DNA of 64,000 nt, taken from assembly GCA_002633005.1 (NCBI GenBank), contig NMRA01000184.1, positions 65,255 to 129,254 on the forward strand, written 5' to 3'. A program made the translations under genes and the position numbers. This document shows, piece by piece, positions 26,463 through 38,733 of this stretch (the stretch's first letter is position 1; every line of letters begins with the position of its first letter). The notes under the pieces were generated by a model that saw only the letters and a list, made by a program, of their open reading frames with translations, did not search any database and was not told where the DNA came from. Source of the stretch: Phoronis australis. Its lineage: Eukaryota; Animalia; Phoronida.

Positions 26463-26580
26463 CAGACTACGAGTTCCCTGATCTACAGTGCCAGACTATG
26501 AGTTCCCTGATCTACAGTGCCAGACTATGAGTTCCCTGATCTACAGTGCCAGACTATGAGTTCCCTGATCTACAGTGCCA
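26463..26580. repeat. 29-bp minisatellite x4
   Basis: CAGACTATGAGTTCCCTGATCTACAGTGC repeated four times with one mismatch. Confidence 0.95.
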
Positions 26581-27959
26581 AGTAGGCCATTATCTTATTG
26601 ATATAGAAATGTTTATGTCAAAAGGTCAATGTGACCAATTTGTCATAAATGTACCACAGAGTATTTATTAGCGTTCAACTCACATCTCTAATTAGCAATG
26701 TACACCGTTATTCATCAAGGCACAAACTCAGATTTCGTTTGGTGACCTGATAAAAATCCCAGGTCGCCACGACACACCTGTGTATGTACTCAAAATACTA
26801 CAAATGAACATATGGAAATCAGAACTGTTCAGCAAAAATCAGAAGGCTGACTGAGATCATCAGCCTCAAAGTGGGCAAAAAGAACCGCCTCAGAGAGACA
26901 AAAAGTCCGAGAAAACTAGACAAAAGTCCACTAAAAAGGCGCAGACGCACAGTGAAGGTGGTACCCCGTTTTTCTTTTTTAGTCCTCCCGCTTTTTTGTC
27001 AGCAAAAGGTCCACATCGTCAGAAATTCGAACGCCCCCATATTAAAGGCTGGGTGCGCGCATGCTCTTGCGCGGGACATTCGGCTTTAGAGGGGGATACA
27101 GAGGGCACTAAAGAACATTCACTAAATTGTCTAAGGACAGACTGAGAGTAAAAATAGTGCTCTGTTGCAAATGCAGCCATGATTTTGAGAACAAATTGTG
27201 ATTCTAGTGTCTGTAACATAACTGACACTCATTTGTGACTTGCTGTTCAGTGTTCAGATAACTGACATGTTTTAACTGTTCAGACTGATGAAAAGTGAGA
27301 GTCAGACTCAGATATCAGGATTCAGGAATGGACATTTTCCTGTTCTTGTCTTGGCTAAAACTGAAAGTTATTTCATTGTTGCAAGACAAAAGATTAGGAC
27401 CTCCTCAAAATGACCATTCCTGCAACCTACTTATTACTGAGTTGGACGCATGTGTGCAATTGGAAATATAATTCAAGCGAACCAACTTTTTACACTTCCA
27501 CCAATATCTAAGTTATCTAACAAAATAGAGGCAACAAAGTTTAAAAATGCCCCAAAAACTGACAGTTAACAGGGCCAACTTAAGTGTCAGTAAATTAAAA
27601 ATTAAATGGAGGAACACTTAAATCTTCGAGGCCATTGTAAGTCCACATTATAAGAGCTGAAACTTGTGCGACATACACGCCTATATCTGTTGAGATTTTA
27701 TTTTTGGCCAAGTGACTGCTGCGACAGGTCGCAAATCAACCCTAGCCAAGACTTACTACTTTACTAGTAGTACTTTGACTTCGTCCTGAAGACGGTGCTG
27801 CGCCAAATAACTGCAGCCGCACGGATCAACAAGACAAGGCAAGGCCTGCCGACAGTGGAAGAACACGGTTTATGTGATCAAAGACTACTGTACATGACCA
27901 GCACCCAAATTTCCATGAAAATAACTCGTATGGCCAAAATATATTTGTGCGTAATATAA

Positions 27960-28260
27960 AGACCCACACAACTTGACAGAATCAATTTCCACTTCCCGCC
28001 TTGTCCTCCATCTTGTCTACAAACAATGTCACGTGATTAAAAATGATTTGTTTTGTTTGATATTTCACACAAAGTGTCCGTAAACATGTAAGAATATCAG
28101 ATATTACAATGGAAAGCTGTCGTAGAATACCTCAGGAAATTTTTGACTTTAGGTGCGACGTTTTTATTAAGAATTACGTGAAGGAACGAGTTGGTAATCT
28201 CGTTATTGTTCGCGATCTCGCGAGTGTTAAAATTTTTCAAAACAAATCGAAGTGTTTTAC
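27960..28260. promoter_or_regulatory. Putative bidirectional promoter of TUBGCP2 and TMEM138
   Basis: Lies between the divergent genes and is CpG-enriched. It contains E2F-like TTCCCGCC (27993-28000), E-box GTCACGTGA (28028-28036) and a TCTCGCGAG motif (28216-28224). Candidate first-exon donors flank it at about 27756 (minus) and about 28470 (plus). Confidence 0.55.
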
Positions 28261-28756
28261 TTCAAACTTGAAGACTACAGTCACCGGGTATTTATTATCG
28301 AATTTACGTACTTTTTGAAGAGTTGTTTTGTCGTTCACAAATGGTATTAACTATCGTTTTTTATCTGTTCTTACATTCTGCTTCTTAATACACAAACATT
28401 TCGACGTTTCATGAGAAGAGTTAGACCTAGTCACCTAGGGCTAGGCTAAGGCCAGGGCAAGGCTAAGCAGTAAGCTTGTCTAAATTTAGTAAATATCCAT
28501 TTGATTTGTTGCGGTTTGAAGAAAAATCGCTCACCACTGGCTGATTACTTCAACTCTGTGATTTTTCAATATCATGTTGTGATAAAGATGTACTGATTCA
28601 ATGATTCGTTAACTTACTTTTGATAAAGAATTTACATTTTTATTTGAATGATTGTAAGTCATTATAAGAGTAAAACTAGCCCTTAGTTCTCATCCATGCG
28701 GAACAGTCTCTATTTCTTGTATTTGTTATGTTTCAGACATGATGTAAAGATCCACT

Positions 28757-31700
28757 ATGCAGATTGGCAGATTCCGTCCAGTACTGTATTTACAGTACTT
28801 TTTGTTGTTCCTTGACATGATTATCAATGCATTCTCAGATCTGGTGCGATTTCAGAATGTTATTCTACTTGTCCTCTATGTGTAAGTATTTTTACTCAAC
28901 TAGTAATATTTTTGATAGAGCTAAAGGTTGCATGAAATCTTTTTCTTTTCTTGTTGATAACCTTTTGATATGTGAATATGACTGGTCAGATTTACAAATA
29001 TCTGACAACATGGACGGGAAGCTCTTGAAATTTTTACAAGTCTGATTCGATTTCTGTGTTCTACGACCAAGTAGTTCCAGGTGGTCGTTATGGCTCAGTG
29101 CACTAGAGCATCTACACAGATTGTAGAGGATCCCGGGTTTGAACCCCAGTCGTGGCAGGAATCCTTTCAGACATATAATTACTAGGTCACTGGATATATG
29201 ACAATATATAATTCTTTTAGGGTACCTCAACTTAATTGTGCATAGTTTCACAGACTATACATACCTGACTTTTACTTTTTGGGAGCCTTTCACTGATTTG
29301 TTATATTATTACTATTATTATTGGGGCTGTACTGACATTGAATGTTCCAAGATTAAATAATTACTATATTCCCGTTGCCATATCTGAGAGAGCACATGTC
29401 CTATCATTGTCAAATTATGCTGCCACATCTATGCGTACTTAGTGATTTAGACCTATATAAGGACATTGCGCTTTTACAGAAAATAAGTGATCATCTGCGG
29501 ACCAACAGCAGAGCTGTCACATTGTCAACATAAATTTATTTGTTTGGCACTTCATTAGTTATGTGTAGTACTCAGAAAGTTTGCATAGCAGAAAAGTAGT
29601 TCAGTTTCATAAATTACACAAGGTTTAATGGGCTTTGACTGTTTGATTCACTTGAGAGGCTTGAAGTTTAAGGGCTATTTTTTATGATTGTTTTTTTATT
29701 AGTAGAATAAAGATTGTAAGAAAGCTAGAAAGATTGAGCTTTTCTCGAAATAGGTAAAAGAACATACGAGTTGTCTGCTGTTATTCAGCCAAACCTGTTA
29801 TCACATTAGTATCGACGTTATAATGTTCCCTTTGCCATGTTTTTTGTCTTTGTCCTTTATGTATCTGAATTAGTCAAGCTGACTCCCATCAGCGCTTTTG
29901 TGTTTCCTTCCAACATCCAAGATGTGTGCACTGTGTTCATGTTCTTGAGTTAATCACTCTGCCAATATTGTGGAATTCTCTTCTAGCATCCAAGATGTGT
30001 GCACTGTGTTCATGTTCTTGAGTTAATCACTCTGCCAATATTGTGGAATTCTCTTCTAGCATCCAAGATGTTTGCACCGTGTTCATGCTCATCATTACAT
30101 TCCTCACTTTCTTCAACACCTACATATTCCAAGCCGGCCTGTTGGCCATACTCATACGCAAGTTCAAGGCCACCATCATCATCACACTCATCTATCTGGT
30201 GCTCAGTATCGGCTTCCATGTTTGGACAATGGTAAGGTTTTCACTCGTCCCAGTCTCCAGCTATCTGTTTGCCATTTTCTCACGATCGCTTTTGACCCTG
30301 TTGGACTGCTGCACTCAAATTTGGGACACTTCGGTAAAACTACGATAAATTCTCATCAATTTTGGATAAAATTGACCTTCTTTTATTTCTCAATGACTTC
30401 TGGCATTATTGTGAATGCCAACATTTTTTCAAAATATTTTGTGATGGCAGCTTTGATACAGAACTTGAATATTGCAAACCGTTATTTTGCTGCTTTGAGT
30501 CTTTTATAGTAAAAAATGAGAAAACAAACTTTACCAATATTGTGTCCTGTTTTACTGTAATGTTCTTGTCATTTAAATGATTTTTTTCCGTAATCAGAAA
30601 AGCTGTTCCTTCACCACCTCGCTACTTGGAATTTGTTGGCGGTGGCTCTGAAGACAAAGAGCACGTCTCTTAAAAAAGTGAATGACTTTTGTGAACAATT
30701 TAAAACAGCCATCTCTTTTATTTTGATGAATGTATAAACTTTAAAGCATACTGTATAATGACAATACTTTGAACTCTATATTTTGATAGTGTAATTGATG
30801 TTTTGCACAAAACCAATGTTGATTTGTAAATGTTTTGTTGTTTGCAAAGTTTGAAAATAAATAATACCTAAATAATTGAAGTCACAACATGTTTTGTTAA
30901 TGTATTTCTTATGACTGTGATTGAAGCCCATTGCATCCCTAATGTGCTGAAATGACGTCTGTACTTGCATAAAAGGATACTAAATCCTGTTTTGGTGATT
31001 TCATGCAATCCTTATTCTGCCACCTGAAAATGCACTATTGGCATCCTACTTGGGTGATCATAGCATGATATTTTCTTTGTCACAGATAGCATATTGTGGT
31101 TCGTGGTAGGTGGTCTTTTCCTTCAGTTGTGATGTAACTTGCCTAAAGTGTTGGTCACGCTTGCCGTTTAGCAGACTTTGAAAGGAGTTTTCAAAATTTA
31201 AGCTGTTGAGGGTTTTTGAGGGTTACAGAGCAATATTTTGTTTCAGAGAACTGCGTTTTTAAGTATATAATTCTGTAAATAGCCCAAAACCGGGTTTGGT
31301 ATCCTTTTAAGTATTAGATGAACTTATCATTTTATGTTCTGTTTCTCTTCACTGCAGACATTGAGATGGGACGAGCCATTTGGTCACATTGACACAGCTG
31401 GGTTCCGAGCATTATACATCATCCACAGGACAGGTAGAACATTCACTTTGCTTCAAAACCTATGCTTCCTGTTGACCACAAACAAGGATATGTTTTAATT
31501 TGATGCGCCCACACATCTGTAGCCGGTCGCATATATAGTCTTCCTGTCCAGTTGTGTTGTCGATATCTCAAAAACTGCTGGTCAAATCTTGATGAAATTT
31601 GACACAATGGTGTAGAGCATCGCTAGAATAGAGCATGTCACTTTTCAATTTGCCCCGCCCAGGGTGGTTTTTCAGTGTTTTGGGAGAAGAGAATTTCCAG

Positions 31701-33510
31701 ATTATATCTAGAGAACCGATAGACAGATTTTAATGAAACGTGATACAGAGGTATCTGACAATAATGGGTCATTACAACATGATTTTGAGCACTGCAACAT
31801 CACCTAGTGGCCATTTTGGTCTCAAAAAGGTTCTTTTTTCAGCTGTACTTTTGGGAAGAAGTTTGTTTCTGGATGATATCAATAAAACTGATTGAGGGTT
31901 TTCATTGAATCTTGACAGAGATATGTGGTAGCAATCCGCTGCCACCAGTCAATTGTCAGATGAATCCAACCTCTGCAGGACTCTTTTGTGGCCATTTTGG
32001 TCTCAACAAGAGGCTTCTTACTCCTTGTGTGGGAATAGCATTTCAATGAAACTTGAAACACGGGTATATGATCGTAATGTTTCAGGACCAGTAAATTTTC
32101 AGTCTGATTTGACCATTGTAGTCATTTTATCTAGTTGTCCAGTTGTTGGGTTGATATTTCAAAAACCCTTCATCATATTTTGATGAAATTTGGCCTAAGG
32201 GAGTAGCTGGGCATTACTGGAGCAATGCATGCCACTTTTCAACATACCGCATGGCGTGGGGTGAAGCGTTTCATTATTTTTGGGGAGAGAGTTTCCTAAT
32301 GATATCTAGAAAAGTGATGGACAGATTTCAATAGAACTGAACACATGGCTATATGATAGCAATGGTTCATTACAAGACGATTTTTGGGCGAATTTAACAT
32401 CAGTAGCACCCCATGGTGACCATTTAGGTCTTGGCAAGGGTCTTTTTTTAAATTAGTATTTTGGGAAGAAAAGCATTTCAGTTGATATCTAGGAAAGTAA
32501 TTGATGAATTTCAACGAAGCTTTGACTCAGAAGTATGTGATGGCAACATGCTGCTACCAGTTGATTTTTAGGGAGGGTTGACTGTTGCAGCACCCTCTAG
32601 TGGTCACTCCATTTTGCAGAGGATTGCAGCTACCAGTTTTGAGAAGATTCCACCAAGTGCTGCACCCATTTTATCATGTCATGTCTACCTTTGCATCTGC
32701 CAAACGTTGTGATTGTTCTTTATGAAAAGAAGTAGACTGGACCTGGTAATTTTGGGATGCTTAGTGGTGTGGCGTATCTTATTTCTTTGTTGTAAATTTT
32801 AAAATTTGTTTATTTTTTAAACATTATGATTTGATGATATTTTTAAAAGGTTAGGTACCAACACTTTTTCTCAATTCTGACCATTGCAGTCTACTCCTTG
32901 TGGCTAAATTATTGCCTTTTCATGAAGCCAATAAGCACTCCCAGAAACATATTTTTTGTGGTGCACTCTGGGTGCACATCAACGCTTCGTATAGCTCTTG
33001 ACTTGTATTCTTTCAATACACTAGAATTTTTAGTCTTTGTTGGTTTTAGTATTATGTAAGTCTGAGAGTTGTTTTCAGTTTGTTATTTAATGTGTTATAT
33101 CTGTGCAATGCTGCCTAGTTCTTGTGGTCCAGTCTTCAGTACAAATTAGTTTCAGGGTAACTTAAACTTCAAAGCCCTCTGCAGTGCTGTAGTGGGGCGG
33201 ATGCACACGTAGGCGCAACCAACCACCTTTTGGCATTTGTAAGTTGCGTTCAGTGCTCAAGGTGATACGGTGGGCTTTGGGCGCCTACTTACCTCTAATT
33301 TTACCACTACAGCACTGCACCCCTCTGTGAAGTAAAGGGCTCTGATTAAAAAGTATGTTTTGAGAAATATGGTCTTTTATTTTTGAATTTACCTTTCCAG
33401 TTGCTGTGATATATTACTATATATACAAAAGATCTGCACTCAGATTGGGAGATCCGAGGTTGTATCAGGACTCAGCGTGGATTCGACAAGAATTTGACAG
33501 AAGGAGGTAG
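28757..33510 (+). CDS. TMEM138: Transmembrane protein 138 (ciliary trafficking), 4 coding exons, 160 aa
   Basis: Exons 28757-28881, 30060-30231, 31358-31433, 33401-33510 with GT-AG introns and consistent phases. The translation [14 protein letters not shown]...[37 protein letters not shown]...[32 protein letters not shown] matches the TMEM138 family. A 5' UTR acceptor sits at 28736. Confidence 0.95.
29083..29156 (+). mobile_element. tRNA-derived SINE head / tRNA pseudogene
   Basis: A box TGGCTCAGTG (29091), hairpin TCTACA-CAGAT-TGTAGA and B box-like GGTTTGAACCC. The acceptor stem is not intact. Confidence 0.6.
29914..30087. repeat. 73-bp tandem repeat (about 2.4 copies) spanning the TMEM138 exon 2 acceptor
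   Basis: Units start at 29914, 29987 and 30060. Each begins with the first about 28 nt of exon 2 (CATCCAAGATGT.TGCAC.GTGTTCATG). Confidence 0.93.
31498..33005. mobile_element. Helentron/HINE-like non-autonomous element with internal subrepeats
   Basis: The start TTTGATGCGCCCAC resembles the reverse complement of the terminus at about 41785-41800. Recurring GATATCT...ATGAAA(TTTG) and CTAGTGG(C/T)CA subunits. No ORF. Confidence 0.5.
33182..33317. mobile_element. Short MITE (about 136 bp) with CAGTGCTGTAGTGG TIRs
   Basis: Perfect inverted termini CAGTGCTGTAGTGG / CCACTACAGCACTG. CCCTCTG occurs on both flanks as an imperfect TSD. Confidence 0.75.
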
Positions 33511-35406
33511 CCTCAGGTGTATGGTGGGAAGCAAGTATTGCAAACGAATCCTCAGTGTATCTACAATGGACCTGTTGGTGGATGCAATAGTCCAGTGAAG
33601 TACTCCAGCTGCATCTTCAAGAAGTGTATTTTTGCTATCACAAAAAAATAATTATAAACAAATTTTTGAAAAATTCTTAATGTTGTGCAACAAAAAGTTT
33701 TAACTGTAATTTCTAAATTGATTTATAGTCCATTTCCTTCTGGTTTCCGTCCCTTTTTTGTTTTAATTAGGACAGAGCTAGATACCCTTTGTCTTAACGA
33801 AAAGTTGTAGACAAACTGCTGTAAGGTATAGAGCAACTGTAAATCACAGCTGTCCTATAATCCAATTACACTACTCCTGTATGCATTATATATAGCCACA
33901 AGCTTAAGGTGTTGTGCTTGACTCCATCTTGCAAATGTATATTTGTAGTATCTTATATGCATTCTTTGAACACCCTTACAGAGAAATCTACAGAATATTG
34001 TAGCTTTTACATCTTCATTTGTGAATGGGGAACTTTTGCAACAGGCTCCTCTAAATATAGGTTCGTGTTTTTAAGTCGTCGGGAATTTTTTAGAATATAT
34101 GCTCAAAGGTCTGTTTTAGAGCCACTATTAAAACTTTCCTGAAATGAAGTATCGACATAGGTCAAACAGAAACGTAGCTTTTTTGAGGAACAGGATATTT
34201 TCGACTTGTCAATAGAATGAATTTGATTTACGATACCGATCGTACTATAAAGTTTTTTAAATACACGTATTGGTTCTCATGCCATGCTGTTGCCACCAGC
34301 ACCTTTTCTCTTTATAGTCTTGGGCTTATATATGGAATACTAGAAAGGTAACAAATGTGCGCCTTAGACCATTCTGTCAGAAATTCCTGGTACCACCAAT
34401 GATTGGAATTTTGTGAAACTCTGTTGAGTTGTTAGGGATATGTCTTTTGTCAGCTGCTGTGCGTGGTCCTCTTTAAATGCAAGTGATACTCATAGTTGGT
34501 CTTTGAAGACATTTGTATTTTCTCCGTGAAATTTTACCTGTTAAGTGTCTGTGCATCAGCAATGTATTGTCCTTCAGCACTTAGTTCGCACAAAATAGTT
34601 GCTAAAATTGATACGTTTCTATTTCTGAAAGGTTGGTTGTCTTGCTGCTAATTTTGTAAATTTTATATTGTTTAAGTCTACAGTGTACTTATTTTAGCTA
34701 AGTAAAATTGCTCTCGTCTGCCATATTGTGTGCTAAATAACATAGGTGGAAGTTACTGCACATTGCTGTACACAGTGTATAGTCAAGTACGTACTTGTGG
34801 TGCTGAAGATGTCAGGATATACTTTTATTATAATATAGTATAATTTTGAATATCACTGAAGGAAAGAATAGTCACTTCACAGAGAATCACATCAACGTCT
34901 CCAATTCTACAGTATTTACTCACAATGCTGTACTTCTGTAGGACACTCCCACGCACTTGCACACTGCTTCCGTGCTGATCAGTATTTTGTGTTCAGTACT
35001 TAACCATTTTCCATTCCTATGTTAATGATGTTTCACTGTTGCGCAAGGAGTTTCAATACAGACAAAAATTGAGAAGCCGGTGAGGTGTGATAGATCGTTT
35101 TTCACTTGTCCGACTCAGAAGTGTCAATGGCCTCTAAAAAAACCTTGGTCAATCATAGTGTTTTTCTACCTCCAATATTTGGGGATTCATGAAGTATGAG
35201 CACTGTTGGAACACTGTTATGTGTGTCACCGTACATAATGTGAATACACGCACCATTCATTTTTGTGGTATAAAATTTTAAATAGCAATCAACAATTGAA
35301 CTTTATTAAATTATGAGATTTGCACTATAAACAATACAACAAAATACTTAAACTAAGCACCGAGTACAGTCAGATATGCTGAACAGTTAACCACACCGTA
35401 CTGTCT

Positions 35407-35466
35407 GCCAATACGGAGGACAGTCAAACAGAGCCAATATGGAGGACAGTCAAACAGAGCCAATAT
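35407..35466. repeat. 26-bp tandem duplication
   Basis: GCCAATA(C/T)GGAGGACAGTCAAACAGA x2.3. Confidence 0.85.
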
Positions 35467-38400
35467 ACAGTAATATGAAGAATTTGAAAGGAAACAAGCC
35501 AAAAAGGTAGTTTATTCAAACACTTTAACAGGTTCTCCATAAACCACCACAAACTATTATGTTTGCAGTTAAAGGGGCAACAAAACACGCATCATCTCTC
35601 AAAAACTAACTTGATTTAAGGTACAACTGTTACAAACTTTGTTTTGTTTTGTTCCTTACTGGATTATCAGGGAATGCTGCACACTTCAGTGTGAACAGTG
35701 CATCAATGCTAGTTGTTACTGCCCTAAGAAATATGATACAACATGTACTTTTTTACTATACTCGATAGCCAGCCTTTAGAACAACCTCGTAATAAAAACC
35801 ATCAAAATAGATTAGGATCTGCAACAAGAGCATGTCCATTCTAAAGAAATGACTGAAACAAGACTCGCAACATCACTGTAAACCAAATGCCCTCAAAATC
35901 TACATTCATAAGAAAGTTGGAGGTATTCCACATCAGTCTCAAATTGATAAAGCTATAGGAAACAACTGCACAACCGCAGCTGATAATAAAGCTCACTATA
36001 AAATGCATTGCATAAGAAATAAATGCAGCCATCACCAGGCACCATAGACTATAGTTGTCTATAATCTATGCAGGCACTTAGTGTTCCACCAGTCACAACA
36101 CACAACTCTGATCTTAAAACCCACCATTACTTTTCAAAACTGTAGTGTTCAGGACACGTGTTCAGGATACATCTTGATATGCTGCAAATACTGAGCCACG
36201 AACCTTTTTACAAATGGTGAAAATCAATGCGTGTGCATCCCACAGCACAGATTTGTGGAATGTAAATCTTCCTAATCCAGAAAGAGGCAGGTGATTGCTG
36301 GGTAATCTGGCAGTACATTTTGCCAAATGCTACCCGTTTTTGTATCTGTGGTAAACTGAACATCTGCTTGAAATGCTACAAAAATGAAGTGATCTCTGCA
36401 GATCATATACCTACATCTGCTGGAAGCACTGCCCATTCACAATGACCACTATCCCATAATGCTTTGTGGATATGATGTCACTTGTTATCCATTAACAGGT
36501 CAAGGTTTCCAGTTCAATTGTGCTGAATAAAATTTTAAGACACTCTATCAGAATTATGCCAGAGCTTTTTTTACTTTTAACTGCACATTAAGGTATGTGG
36601 ACAAACTATCCAAGGCCCAAACCCACTCTCTGGGCTCAATTTGCACTTTTAACTAGTCTGAGCTCATGTCTGATTTTGCATTCGGAGATTTGTAATTTGG
36701 GTTCTCAAAAGTATCGGCCAACAATGTGAACACAACTTCAAGGAATCGGATCATAGACTATAGTACATGGACCGCCAATTCGGTACATTCTCAATGAACA
36801 AAATCAGTAATCGTACGCACAAGTTGTGACTAACACTATTGGCTGAGAGGTTACTTTACACTAGCACCACCTGGTGTGAGTCATGGTTTCACTTCCAGCA
36901 AGTAAGATGTCTACTCACTAACCAGAAAGTGGCTTGCAAATATCGGAACTGTGAATCTTTTGTCTACCATCTGTGGTCTAATTGAGAATTAAAATATTGT
37001 GAGTCCAAGTTAGTTCCTAGTCTCTCAACATCCTTTTTAAACAGGAATTTTATAAACAAAGTCATTTCAATATCCTAATTCCTTCACTCAACTGACAGCA
37101 GTTCATACAAGCCTAAACCACTTGGTGCATCTTTCAGTGACAACTGTGTTACACATTGCACATGAACAACCACATTCACTTTTTAGTAATGCAAACGAAA
37201 ATGTGCTTTTAAAAATTTGTGTTGTATATTCATTCAAAAGTGGTTTTTAAAGCTGCAATCAACCTACTTTGCGTTAAAAAATAACTTATGATTTAGGCCA
37301 CTGACCAACTTCCTGACTCGAAGCAGACGTAATTTTTGAGCTCATTAAGTAATAAGGCTTGTTACTGCTGGTCATTTTATGTCGGTTTCAAATTTCTTGA
37401 AACTTAATAAATAAGAAATTTTATCTTACTCTCCACACACAATTACATAACATAGCATCAGTCAATCGACTCCACTGTTATAGCAGTTAGTGGTCTAAAT
37501 TAGACCTTTAAGTTTGTTTGATGGAACACAGGTTTATAGCAGTTGCAACAAACTGCCAGTCCCATAAATCCACCCTAGGAAAGGAAATCCGTCACCATAC
37601 TACAACATGTGAGGATCATATAAAAATGATCCTATTCAAGTAGGCAAAATGCAACAAATAACAATCGGTTTCCATAAATCTTGTTACAGAATGTCTTCAA
37701 CTAAGACTTACTCCTTCCACTTTAAATAACATTGACATTGTTACTCGTTAGTCACTCTACATCATAGCAGCTGCTTCTACTCCACCATTGATAACTACTT
37801 AACCGTACAACCCAAGACTATTTTGCATACATAACACACTGAAGCTGAATTAACGCAGACACAACCAACAAAATGCCATTCTTGCAGGGAGATTCATTTA
37901 AGAACCTTTCCCCGACATCCTGAAATCATCATGGAATGATGTACTCGAAACGATTAGTAAAAGAGTCGATATCACAAAATCTACAATTACATTCATGGTG
38001 GCAAATCAAAATAATTTTTTAAGATTACCATGTGTATTCTCATACTCAAAACTTGCTGTTTCAACTAACTAATGATTGTTGTAAGGAAACTGGTATGAAG
38101 TGTATAGTATCCAACCTTGGGACACCACATATTTCATGAAGCTAATAAAATCTTATGAATTAGGTTTTTAATGATTATGTCAAATGAACAATCACAGGTG
38201 AAGTTAGATACAAGCTTATCAACACTAAAACAGTTTGAAGAGTTCTTGCCATCAAGATGAGCAGTTATCTTTAGCTTAGTGAAACAAACTCCAGATCATG
38301 TCATTGTTTAAAGACAAATTTGTATGTCTTGGTGCTGACTTAATACGTAACAGCATGTGTAAATTGAGGTTCAAGGAAAGGTTTCCCTGACCTTTAATGA

Positions 38401-38733
38401 AGCATACACCAAACTTTTAAATTCTTAATATTAAGAAATTAAATATTGTTAATTCAACAAATCCAGGTGACCCTTTTTTATTAACTTAGGAGACGAGTTA
38501 ATAAATACTTCAAGGCTTACCTGGATTCATTGTATTAACATTGGTCCAGATAAAATGCTTTCTAGCGCTTTCAGGGCTTAACTCTTACAGGATTGTATTT
38601 TTCATAATGACATTAAAAACATTGGTCAGAGCTCATGTAACAGGAATTTCACAAAGTGAGTATCGAAAGAAAATCATTTTGATTCCCCACCATGACAGCA
38701 ATCCAAACACATTCAAAGGAGTTCAAAGCTGAA

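Noticed and set aside
26463-26580. 29-bp repeats (and the 19-bp array at 58227-58494) as a CRISPR array
   Set aside because: The units are contiguous with no unique spacers, there are no cas genes, and the context is a eukaryotic intron.
27900-29400. RFX X-box expected for a ciliary gene
   Set aside because: Only half-sites were found (for example GTTGCCAT at about 29374), with no convincing full motif.
30010-30509. Overlapping His-rich and acidic ORFs
   Set aside because: These are alternative-frame or antisense shadows of TMEM138 exon 2.
31299-31308. Perfect GTATCCTTTT U12 donor motif in TMEM138 intron 2 (similar GTATCCTTAC near 39815, minus strand)
   Set aside because: It is not at an exon end, no CCTTAAC branch point follows, and the GT-AG model already gives a full-length protein.
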